Below, piece by piece: positions 8,420 through 17,041 of a stretch of 23,817 bases of DNA. The position numbers and the translations under genes were made by a program. Numbering within the stretch: the stretch's first letter is position 1; each line of letters opens with the position of its first letter. Source of the DNA: Calditrichia bacterium (lineage in GTDB: Bacteria; Calditrichota; Calditrichia; RBG-13-44-9); contig JARRQT010000091.1 of the NCBI GenBank assembly GCA_037381445.1, positions 1 to 23,817 of the forward strand. The letters run 5' to 3'. A model generated the notes under the pieces. The model was not told the DNA's origin. It searched no databases and worked only from the letters and a program-made list of their open reading frames with translations.

Positions 8420-10048
8420 TCAATTCTGCTTTATATCATAAAAAGACCGGATCTCGCAATTTTCAAAATAATGATTCAGAATATCCTGCCACTTGTATCC
8501 TTCCAGCGCCATGACGGCCGCGCCGGTCTTGCACATCCCCACCCCATGCCCCTGACCGGCACCGACTAAGGTAAAGGTAATCGGCGTGCCGATATCATCC
8601 AGTTCCTTTTCCACAACAAAACAGGAGCTCTCGAGATAATCGTATGCCAGGGAAGCCCTGATATTCAATTCGCCACGGATGCGATAATTCTTCAGACTGC
8701 CAATCAGCTCGATTTCCTTCAGGCGCCCCGAACTTCCCCGCCGGATGGGAATAATATCAAACAGCACACCGATATCTTCCCCGGTCTTTTTTCGGATAAT
8801 TTCTTCCAGTTCCTTTCGCGTATGATTCACTTCCCATCGGAAATACTTTTTATATTGCTCCAGCGACTGAGGAACTTCGCGGCCGCGGAAATTACACCAG
8901 GCATCGGGGCGGGAAAGAATCCATCTGCGCACCATTTTTTCATCTTTCAGCGAGGTAAAATCTTTGGGAATTTCTTTCCAGTCATATTTCCCATGAAACT
9001 GGGGCGCTTCGTCGATTTCCCACACACCCGTGGCATCTTCGGTATGGCCCCCGCAGATCAGGTTGAAATAGGCATCACAGATATTGTTTTTCTGAGTGAA
9101 AATAACATGGCCGCGGGTCTCTTCCACGGCCTCGCTGATTTTTTTGTCACTAAAATCTTCGCCGTAATAGCGAAGGCAATGCCCCCAGTCGCACATATCA
9201 TAGGGATCGCCCAGATGTTTATGATCGACCCGCGCCAACACCTCACTTCGGCAGACGATGGCCAGGCTTTTACTGAATTCCAACGGTAGATCTGTACCGA
9301 TTTCCGAATAGACAACCCGCTTTAAATAAGGTTCCAGGGGGATCTCACTAACCACCATTAACTTGCCCTTATTATCCAAGCGGAATTCCAAAGTGCCATT
9401 GTAAATGCGATCCTCGGAATGTTCTTTTTGGAGAATTTCATCATATTTTTTGATGTTATATAACTGAGCGGTGGCATTAACGTCTGTCGGGATGATTTTA
9501 AAGGAATTTTTAACCTCGCCCGAATTGTCATACTCGGAATCGAAAAACTCCAGAATGCCCCGTGGTTGTCTGGTGGTTTCTTTTGTGACATAAGGATTAA
9601 ATTCATATTGGAAGCGTTTAAAGTCTTTCTTCGCTTCAACTTCTGTTCGATAGTTGCCGGATAGCAAAATATATTTTGTATTATTATTAATTAAAGTCTC
9701 CCCGAGATAAATGTCCCCTCCCAATTCCTCGATTGTCGCCTCAGGATCATATTTTATAGCGCTCTTAAGCTTTTCTTCCACCCGTTCCTTTTCGAAGCTT
9801 TCATAGAGCACAAGATGAAATTTTTCACTTCCCGCTTTGCTCTCCTTGATTTTTACCCGCCATTTGCGATTGGATTTGATCTTGTTTATCAAGGTATTAT
9901 CGGTTGAATCTACAATGGAAAATTCCCCTGAGATTCTGAAATCGATATAATCCTGGGCCTCCACAATTCCAATGCGAACAACAGGTTCTCCGTTTAAATC
10001 CTTTAAATAAATTTCTTTTGAATTGTCCTTCATGACTCTATCTTTCAT
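8420..10048 (-). CDS. SpoIID/LytB domain-containing protein (lytic transglycosylase-like) with a SPOR-like N-terminal insert
   Basis: Y-x-G-x-L..., 'E-x-YL-x-x-VV-x-SE', 'CD-x-x-HC', CGGHTE, 'GAGQGHGVGMC-x-x-GA', 'DIL-x-HYF'. Start is 10048 or 10033. Confidence 0.9.
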   Translation of the reverse strand: MKDRVMKDNSKEIYLKDLNGEPVVRIGIVEAQDYIDFRISGEFSIVDSTDNTLINKIKSNRKWRVKIKESKAGSEKFHLVLYESFEKERVEEKLKSAIKYDPEATIEELGGDIYLGETLINNNTKYILLSGNYRTEVEAKKDFKRFQYEFNPYVTKETTRQPRGILEFFDSEYDNSGEVKNSFKIIPTDVNATAQLYNIKKYDEILQKEHSEDRIYNGTLEFRLDNKGKLMVVSEIPLEPYLKRVVYSEIGTDLPLEFSKSLAIVCRSEVLARVDHKHLGDPYDMCDWGHCLRYYGEDFSDKKISEAVEETRGHVIFTQKNNICDAYFNLICGGHTEDATGVWEIDEAPQFHGKYDWKEIPKDFTSLKDEKMVRRWILSRPDAWCNFRGREVPQSLEQYKKYFRWEVNHTRKELEEIIRKKTGEDIGVLFDIIPIRRGSSGRLKEIELIGSLKNYRIRGELNIRASLAYDYLESSCFVVEKELDDIGTPITFTLVGAGQGHGVGMCKTGAAVMALEGYKWQDILNHYFENCEIRSFYDIKQN

Positions 10049-10077
10049 TTTTTAGGTTAACGTAAAATTAAACTCCA

Positions 10078-10106
10078 AATATATAATATATTTGAAGAAA
10101 AATCAA
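10078..10106 (-). promoter_or_regulatory. Putative primary-sigma promoter for the SpoIID-like gene
   Basis: Minus strand TTGATT-N17-TATATT, 30 nt upstream of the start codon. Confidence 0.6.
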
Positions 10107-10355
10107 GTGACTGCGCCCGCAAGTTCCCATGCAAATTCAGAAAAAATCAGTACCATCAACCCCATTCCTATCATCAATTAGGTTGAACAAAAAAAGTGCA
10201 ATTAAGTTCTTTCCATAGATTCGCATTCCAATTGGATGAAATAGACCGAGACAGCGATAATTATTGCCGCTCGCCTATCCTTATCGATGTGATTTTTTCC
10301 ATTTTTCAAGGAGAATAAGTTTATTAATGGCCATAGGGTTACAGATTTTAAGGAT

Positions 10356-10384
10356 TTGATTTCATATACAGAATTTATTAATAT
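10356..10384 (+). promoter_or_regulatory. Putative primary-sigma promoter for the SBP-kinase pair
   Basis: TTGATT-N17-TAATAT. It overlaps the tracked TTG at 10384, which argues for a later start. Confidence 0.4.
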
Positions 10385-10413
10385 TGCTTCATATCTTTTT
10401 TGGGGACTGCAAC

Positions 10414-12015
10414 TTGGCTTTGAAAAATAAATATTTAATATACCTTCTCCTCCTCGCAGCTCTTTCACCGGCATTTTCACAAATAATCTCCCCGCCTTCC
10501 GAAGCATTTGGTGATCAGTTGGTGATCGGTCATGTAGGTAATCCGCCCGATTACTTTAATCCCTACGGCATTGATGACATATTCAATCAGCAAATTACCA
10601 GACTGATTTTTGGAAACGGTCTTATACAGAATGCCGACCGTTTTAATCAGCCGCCACCTCTGGTGGACCGGTTCATTTTTCCCGGTTCCAACAAAACCCA
10701 GGGCTATGTATGGAAGTATGTTTTGAGCCGTAATATCAGCTACCAGAACGGAATTTCACTCAGAAACAGCGATGTGCAATTCACCTACAATATGCTTAAT
10801 ATCTGGGGCGGCCATATCCTGAACAGAAAGATTGATTTCTCGAATATCAAATCCATTGATATCAGCGGAGACCTGGAAGTCCAGTTTACGTTGAACCAGA
10901 ATGTGCTGGAGAAGGGCTTCGACTTTTTAAAGAGTGTGAGGCCGCTGGGATATGGTCCTTTTCGATTCGAACGAAATTTTCACAATGAAATCGTTCTTTC
11001 TTCCCATCCCCATTATGTGATGGGAAGGCCCTTCCTGGACCGTATTGTATTTAAATATTTCGATGATGAGCAGCAGATGGTGGATAATTTCATCCAGGGG
11101 GGTGTGGATATGATTGAGCTCAACGACAGAATCAGCGCCCAGCGGCTTCATCAAATCCTGAAGGATGATATAAAAATATTTGCCACGCTGCGCCCGGAGA
11201 AAAAGATTTATTACCTATTATTTAATGTGAACAGATATCCCTTCCAGAACCTCAGGGTGAGAACAGCGATACGGGGGGCAATTAATCCAAATGAAATTCT
11301 GAGCAGGCTGATTGACCAGAACGGGCATCTTGCCTATTCGATGATAGATTACACGGATCCGCTGTTTTATAAGGAATTGTTCAGGGATAATTATCAGCCC
11401 GGTCTGAGTCTGAAAATATTGAACGAAAACGGCTGGAAAGTGAATCAATCCAAAGGCATACTGGAGAAAGATGGAAAGGGATTAAGCTTTGAATTGCTTT
11501 TCGAACAAAACTCTTTTTTAGAGGAGAGTATCGCCCGGGCCATAAAAATCCATCTCGCTGAACTGGGCATAAATGTAGAGCCCAGACCGGTCAGTCATTT
11601 TGAAAAGCAAAGTTCAATGCGGCAAAATAAATTTACCGCGGTGCTGGGCGATTTTTCATATTTTGATCAGAACATACTGAGCGCAGTGAAATTGTATTAT
11701 AACTCAGTTCTGAAAAAACAGGCGCCTTACATTAATTACAATAACCCTTTCATTGAAAAATTGTTTAAACAGGCTGATGCCGATCCAGGTTTGCTCAAGC
11801 CCGTAGTTCAACGCTATCAGATTTTTCTGCATCAGGATGCACCCGTAGTATTTCTGTATTTTGATGATACCATCATTTATGCTGTCAGGAACAGATTTAA
11901 AAATGTGCGGGTTTCTTCCACGAGTGGAAAGAGTTATTACCATCGTCTGAGTCCTTTCGAGAACTGGTTTGTGCCAAAACCGCTACAAAAATATTCGTCA
12001 TGGTTAGATAAATGA
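10414..12015 (+). CDS. Family-5 (DppA/OppA/NikA-like) extracellular solute-binding protein, with no cognate permease in the window
   Basis: Signal peptide (KNKYLIYLLLLAALSPAFS|Q, no lipobox); 'YQNG-x-x-L-x-x-x-DVQFTY', 'P-x-G-x-GPF', 'P-x-LDRIVFK', 'LFN...PFQN-x-RVR-x-AI-x-x-AIN', 'L-x-x-LGI-x-V', 'DAP-x-x-FLY'. Start is TTG 10414 or 10420 after GGGGA. Confidence 0.85.
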   Translation: MALKNKYLIYLLLLAALSPAFSQIISPPSEAFGDQLVIGHVGNPPDYFNPYGIDDIFNQQITRLIFGNGLIQNADRFNQPPPLVDRFIFPGSNKTQGYVWKYVLSRNISYQNGISLRNSDVQFTYNMLNIWGGHILNRKIDFSNIKSIDISGDLEVQFTLNQNVLEKGFDFLKSVRPLGYGPFRFERNFHNEIVLSSHPHYVMGRPFLDRIVFKYFDDEQQMVDNFIQGGVDMIELNDRISAQRLHQILKDDIKIFATLRPEKKIYYLLFNVNRYPFQNLRVRTAIRGAINPNEILSRLIDQNGHLAYSMIDYTDPLFYKELFRDNYQPGLSLKILNENGWKVNQSKGILEKDGKGLSFELLFEQNSFLEESIARAIKIHLAELGINVEPRPVSHFEKQSSMRQNKFTAVLGDFSYFDQNILSAVKLYYNSVLKKQAPYINYNNPFIEKLFKQADADPGLLKPVVQRYQIFLHQDAPVVFLYFDDTIIYAVRNRFKNVRVSSTSGKSYYHRLSPFENWFVPKPLQKYSSWLDK

Positions 12016-13718
12016 ACAAGTCCGTTAGTCTGCTGCTGATAAGTCTCACCCAAAACACGGTTAAAAGCTATCTGTTCCAGCGGAATATCGAGACTGCCAG
12101 ACGGGCCAGCAATGAGATTTCGCTGTTTGTCAAAGAACCCCTGACCATTCTCAGCACGCTGGTTCAAACCCGGGATATCCTGGAAATGGAGCGTTTTACA
12201 CAGAGTCGGGTCGTCAATAAGATTAAATCTTCCAATGCCATTTTCCGCAAAATATTTATCCTCGACCAATCCGGCGCTGCCGTTGTAACCACCAGCTTTG
12301 GGGAGGAACTGAAGGACTATAGCAGGGAGAATTTCTTCCGGGAGTCTATGAATGGACAGATATACTATTCCCAGGTCTATTTTACACCATCCAGATTTCC
12401 GGTCATGCTGATTGCGCTACCAATAAAAAAATATAATCTGGTTGAAGGAGTTCTGGTGGGGGAGATAGACCTGAAAACCATTTGGGACCTGGTAGATCAC
12501 ATTACAATTGGCAAAACGGGCAATGCTTTTCTGGTCAGTTCGGACGGCTCCGTTATCGCCCACCCGGAGAAACAACGGGTGCTGCAGAAAGAATCCATTG
12601 CAGGCTATGATTTTTTCGAGAAACTGAAAGACGGGGAAGAAGGAATAACTTTCTTTGAAAGCCAGGGAAAGCAAATGGTGGGTGCTTACGTGCCTATTCC
12701 GGAGCTGAAATGGGGAGTTGTCATCCAGCAGTCCGAAACGGAGGCGTTCGAACTGGCGCGCAAGATGCGAGACCGGGTTTTGGTTTTGGTTGGTCTGACT
12801 GCGCTTCTCGCATTGGGGCTTGCCATCGGAAGTGTCAAACGGATCACAAATCCCATTGAGGTATTGGTAAAAGGTGTCCGGCAATTTGCAAAGGGCGATT
12901 TGACACACCGCATACAAATCAAACGTCAGGACGAATTGGCTGAACTGGCGCAGGAGTTCAATGCCATGTCAGAATCTCTGGATCTCAATCAGAAAAAACT
13001 GCGGCGGATGGAGAGACTCGCCGCCCTGAGCCGTTTTGCTTCTCTGGTGAGTCATGAGATACGGAATCCTTTGAATGCCATGAATATCAATATGCAGATT
13101 CTCCGCCGGCTGGTCACCCAGGCCGATTCGCCTCCCGATAAGAAAATCAAATACCTGAACATCATTTCTTCGGAAATAAATCGGATGAACAGCCTGGTGA
13201 GCAATTTTCTGGCGATAACCCGTCCGCCTGAGTTAAATCTCATCCGGGTTGATATTCATCAAATATTGGAGGAGATAATCATCATTCAGGAAGGGCATGC
13301 CAAAAGTACCGGCATAGAAGTGGAACGGAAGTACATTGCTGAGCCGGTATTGGGAATGTTCGATCACAACCAGCTAAAACAGGTTTTTCATAACATCGTT
13401 TTAAACGCATTTGAAGCGATGCCCAATGGCGGCGTGCTCAAAATATCAACTTCCATATTGAATAATTCTGAGGGGTCTCCCCGGCAGGGTATGCAGAAAA
13501 GAAACATTATCATCCAATTCAAGGATACCGGCGAAGGCATTCCCATGCAGAAACTCAATGACATTTTCGAATTTTATTACACAACCAAAAAGACTGGCAC
13601 AGGCCTGGGACTGGCGATTGCCAAACAAATAATCGAGGGTCATAAAGGGAAAATTTGGCTCAATAGTACTCTGGGAAAAGGAACCACGGTTTTTATAGAA
13701 TTGCCCCTTGAAAAATAG
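12012..13718 (+). CDS. Cache-HAMP sensor histidine kinase
   Basis: dCache-like region (YYSQVY..., G-x-TG-x-AFLV-x-x-x-G-x-x-IAHP, WGVVIQQ), TM, HAMP (ITNPI...DELAELA-x-x-FN-x-M), intact H-box SHEIRNPL, N box, DTGEGI and GTGLGL. ATGA overlap with the SBP stop. Confidence 0.95.
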   Translation: MNKSVSLLLISLTQNTVKSYLFQRNIETARRASNEISLFVKEPLTILSTLVQTRDILEMERFTQSRVVNKIKSSNAIFRKIFILDQSGAAVVTTSFGEELKDYSRENFFRESMNGQIYYSQVYFTPSRFPVMLIALPIKKYNLVEGVLVGEIDLKTIWDLVDHITIGKTGNAFLVSSDGSVIAHPEKQRVLQKESIAGYDFFEKLKDGEEGITFFESQGKQMVGAYVPIPELKWGVVIQQSETEAFELARKMRDRVLVLVGLTALLALGLAIGSVKRITNPIEVLVKGVRQFAKGDLTHRIQIKRQDELAELAQEFNAMSESLDLNQKKLRRMERLAALSRFASLVSHEIRNPLNAMNINMQILRRLVTQADSPPDKKIKYLNIISSEINRMNSLVSNFLAITRPPELNLIRVDIHQILEEIIIIQEGHAKSTGIEVERKYIAEPVLGMFDHNQLKQVFHNIVLNAFEAMPNGGVLKISTSILNNSEGSPRQGMQKRNIIIQFKDTGEGIPMQKLNDIFEFYYTTKKTGTGLGLAIAKQIIEGHKGKIWLNSTLGKGTTVFIELPLEK

Positions 13719-13848
13719 ATAAATCATCCGTTCGATATTAAGTCTAACATACATTGTAATTATTTGATGAAAATGATAGATATTTTCATTAAATTAGTGT
13801 TGAGATTTGGTAGTTCAATTTTAGCTAAACTGGAATTTTGGGACTTTT

Positions 13849-15219
13849 ATGAATGAAAAGTTGTTACTGGTTGAAGATGATTTAAATACTCTGGAAGGGT
13901 TGGCTGAAATCCTTGGTGATGAAAAATTCTCAGTTACCAAGGCCAAAAATGGAAGAGAGGCTCTTTCTGAAATTAAGAAGAACGGATTTAACTTGGTCCT
14001 GATAGACTACCTCCTGCCTGATAAAGACGGACTCGAAATATCGAAGTCGATTCTTGAGCATAATTCGGAGGCAAAAATCATTATGATGACGGCCTTTGGT
14101 TCGGTTCAGAATGCCGTGGATGCGATGAAACTGGGCATATATGATTATCTCACCAAGCCCATTGATCTGGATGAGCTGCTGATATTAATCCGCCGTGCTT
14201 TAAAAGAACAGCAATTAATCACTGAAAATATTGATCTGAAAAGCAAGCTCCAGGAAGCCTACAGTTTTGAGAATATCATTGGGGTTAGCGGCAAGATGCA
14301 GGAGGTTTTCCGGAAGATCATAAAAGTCGCTTCTACAGATGCAACCGTTTTAATACGGGGCGAAAGCGGAACGGGAAAAGAACTCATCGCGCGTGCCATT
14401 CATTACCAGAGTGCCAGAAAAGACAAGCCGTTGGTTGAGATTAACTGCGCCTCCATTCCGGAGACATTATTGGAGAGCGAGCTGTTCGGCCACGAAAAGG
14501 GTGCATTTACCGGAGCATACAAAAGTAAAAAGGGGAAATTTGAAGTTGCCAACCAGGGGACGCTGTTTCTGGACGAGATTGGCGAGCTTCCCCATGGCGT
14601 GCAGGCAAAACTTCTGCGGGTATTGCAGGAGAGAAGTTTTACCCGGGTGGGCGGCATTGAGAATATAGAGGTGGATGTGCGTTTGATTGCTGCCACCAAT
14701 TCAGATCTGGAGAAGGCTATGCGTGACGGCCGGTTTCGCGAGGATTTATATTATCGACTCAACGTGATCCCTATTTTTATTCCGCCGCTCCGCGACAGGC
14801 CGGAAGATATTGGTCCGCTTATCGATCATTTCGTAAAGAAATATTCGGAAAAGAATAGCCGGAAGGTTGAAAGTATTTCTCCGGAAGCAAGGGATCTTTT
14901 GCTGGTTTATCACTGGCAGGGAAATGTGAGAGAGCTGGAGAATGCGATTGAAAATGCGGTGGTTATGGCGGAATCTCCAATTATCGAAGTTTCCGATCTA
15001 CCCGGGTATTTGCAGTCTGATTCACACAGAAATGCTTTAGTACCGGACTTTTTTAATGATAGTAAGGACCTTAGTTACAGGGAACGCCTGGATCAGTGCG
15101 AGAGAGAAATCCTGAGGCAGGCGCTGGCAGAAAGCAAGGGGAACAAAACGCAGGCGGCGAAAAAGCTGGGATTTTCGTTGCGCACCCTGCGCAACAAAGT
15201 CCAGAAATATAACTTATAG
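13849..15219 (+). CDS. Sigma54-dependent NtrC/AtoC-family response regulator (REC-AAA+-Fis HTH)
   Basis: REC (VEDD, LID, MTA, KP), Walker A GESGTGKE, intact GAFTGA, LFLDEIGE, FREDLYYRLNV, W-x-GNVRELEN, C-terminal HTH (NKTQAAKKLG). Confidence 0.97.
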   Translation: MNEKLLLVEDDLNTLEGLAEILGDEKFSVTKAKNGREALSEIKKNGFNLVLIDYLLPDKDGLEISKSILEHNSEAKIIMMTAFGSVQNAVDAMKLGIYDYLTKPIDLDELLILIRRALKEQQLITENIDLKSKLQEAYSFENIIGVSGKMQEVFRKIIKVASTDATVLIRGESGTGKELIARAIHYQSARKDKPLVEINCASIPETLLESELFGHEKGAFTGAYKSKKGKFEVANQGTLFLDEIGELPHGVQAKLLRVLQERSFTRVGGIENIEVDVRLIAATNSDLEKAMRDGRFREDLYYRLNVIPIFIPPLRDRPEDIGPLIDHFVKKYSEKNSRKVESISPEARDLLLVYHWQGNVRELENAIENAVVMAESPIIEVSDLPGYLQSDSHRNALVPDFFNDSKDLSYRERLDQCEREILRQALAESKGNKTQAAKKLGFSLRTLRNKVQKYNL

Positions 15220-15226
15220 GTTCGAT

Positions 15227-15922
15227 ATGAATCAAAAAATGGTCATTATTGTTCTGGTATTTGTTTCGATCGCCGGTATTTTTTCCCAGGATTCCTCTTA
15301 TCCCAGTTTAAGAACTAACACGGAAGCCATTCAATCCGCAGCGGACGTCGCAAATCCGGCAAATATCGGGCAAAACTACCGTTTTTATTATTTCAGGAAT
15401 TTTTACAGAAAGACGCTGGATGCCAATTTTCTGGCGAATCCCGACTATGCCGGCGTTTCCGCCTCGCTATTTCAATTGAAGGGAAACCGGAGCTCTCTGG
15501 GATTTTCCATGCAGTTTAACCATATTCTCACCTCAAATGCTTCCTCCCGGCAGGCTTACGCCGATTTGCAGCCCCAGTCCCAATATTTTTTCATTCCTTT
15601 TCTGCTGAATATAAAGCTGCACCCGCTGAACCGGGCGAATTCCGGAAATATTACTCCCTATCTGGTCGCCGGATTTGGCCCTGCTTTGGGCTTTTACTGG
15701 CCGATGGAAAATAATTTTTTCAGAACGCTGGGGGCAATTTCAGGAGAAATTGGCGGCGGGGGGTATGCCGGTTTGGGAGTGGATTATTTCTGGAAAGAGG
15801 AATGGGCGCTTTCTTTTGAAGTCAGGTACAGCATTTTCCGGTTTGCACATCCTTTGGGTGAAGATCAGGAATACCGGGGTGTCACCTTCCTGGCCGGATT
15901 CTCAAAGGCCATGGATTTTTAG
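15227..15922 (+). CDS. Putative small outer-membrane beta-barrel protein
   Basis: Signal peptide; amphipathic strands 'FIPFLLNIK', 'PYLVAGFG', 'GYAGLGVDY', 'LSFEVRY'; C-terminal Phe. Starts 7 nt after the regulator stop. Confidence 0.75.
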   Translation: MNQKMVIIVLVFVSIAGIFSQDSSYPSLRTNTEAIQSAADVANPANIGQNYRFYYFRNFYRKTLDANFLANPDYAGVSASLFQLKGNRSSLGFSMQFNHILTSNASSRQAYADLQPQSQYFFIPFLLNIKLHPLNRANSGNITPYLVAGFGPALGFYWPMENNFFRTLGAISGEIGGGGYAGLGVDYFWKEEWALSFEVRYSIFRFAHPLGEDQEYRGVTFLAGFSKAMDF

Positions 15923-16084
15923 GTAAAATCAATTTTATTTCTCGGCTTCTTCTATTATATTTGAATAGATTTATTGGTTTTCACACAATTGGTCAATGAA
16001 AAAGGATTTGTTCGCAGCTTACAGGCGAAAATAGGGATTTTGCGAAAAAATGTGAGCTACTGGTCTTAAATTAAAAACTTTTAA

Positions 16085-16111
16085 TAAAGTTACGGCAATT
16101 CTTTTCGATAT
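16085..16111 (+). promoter_or_regulatory. Putative sigma28 (FliA/SigD)-type promoter
   Basis: TAAAGTTA-N11-TTCGATAT versus the extended consensus TAAAGTTT-N11-GCCGATAA, with exact spacing. Confidence 0.5.
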
Positions 16112-16165
16112 TATAAGTAGTGTGGTTTTTTAAAAGGATTTTGTCTTTTATGTTTGAGGGAAAGA

Positions 16166-17041
16166 ATGTCACCTTCTGTGGAAGAAATTGTCCATCAAAT
16201 TGAAAAAATTCCCACGATTAATACCGTGGCGTTCGAGGTTGTCCAATTATGCGCGGATAAGGAAATTCCTATTCCCCGATTGGTGAAGGTGATTTCCGGC
16301 GATCTCTCGCTGACTTCTCAGATTCTGAGAATTGCCAATTCCAGTTATTTTAATTATCCAAGGACAATCTATTCACTCGATCGGGCCATCATCATATTGG
16401 GCTTTAATCTGCTGAGAGATATCGCCGTTTCACTGGCCATTTACAGCATGTATCAGGGATTTAAAGCGAATAAGGCATATGATTTAAAACAATTGTGGAA
16501 GCATTCACTTTATACCGGATTTACGCTGAAGGTTTTGGCTGAAGATTACGATCCCGAGAATAAGGATATCCTGTATATTGGCGGATTGCTCCATGATATT
16601 GGCAAATTGGTACTCATCAGGATTCTGAATCAGGATTACTATTTATTATTGGAGAAAAGCCAGCAGGAAAACAAGCGGTTATCAGAGCTGGAAAAGAAAT
16701 TCCTCGGTTTCGATCATTCGGAGGTCGGTGCCAGGCTGTTGGATTACTGGCGGCTGCCGGATGAGGTGGTCAATATGGCCAAATTTCATCATTATCCCAG
16801 AAAATACGCCGGCGCAGAAAATAACTCTCCTTTTGTGAGGTTGATCTATCTGGGCAATCTGCTGTCCCATCTACTGGAAAGCAATCAGAAGAATTTCTCT
16901 GATCTAATTAAGCTGGATCCCTATTTTGAAAAAAACTATTCCTTATCCGATATGGAAGTTTTACAATTATTAGAGAGCGTGGAAAAAGAATTGGCTGAGC
17001 AGCAGGAATATATTAAACTCTTTGCGGTGGATGCCATATGA
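16166..17041 (+). CDS. Stand-alone HDOD domain protein
   Basis: IP-T, 'D-x-x-L-x-x-x-ILRIANS', 'AI-x-x-LG', 'LWKHS', 'GLLHDIGK', 'H-x-x-VG-x-x-L-x-x-x-W-x-LP', 'HH-x-P'. GAGG RBS 6 nt before ATG 16166. Confidence 0.95.
   Translation: MSPSVEEIVHQIEKIPTINTVAFEVVQLCADKEIPIPRLVKVISGDLSLTSQILRIANSSYFNYPRTIYSLDRAIIILGFNLLRDIAVSLAIYSMYQGFKANKAYDLKQLWKHSLYTGFTLKVLAEDYDPENKDILYIGGLLHDIGKLVLIRILNQDYYLLLEKSQQENKRLSELEKKFLGFDHSEVGARLLDYWRLPDEVVNMAKFHHYPRKYAGAENNSPFVRLIYLGNLLSHLLESNQKNFSDLIKLDPYFEKNYSLSDMEVLQLLESVEKELAEQQEYIKLFAVDAI

Noticed and set aside
10202..10507. 101-aa minus-strand ORF in the divergent promoter region
   Set aside because: Overlaps the SBP start and promoter, with no homology cues.
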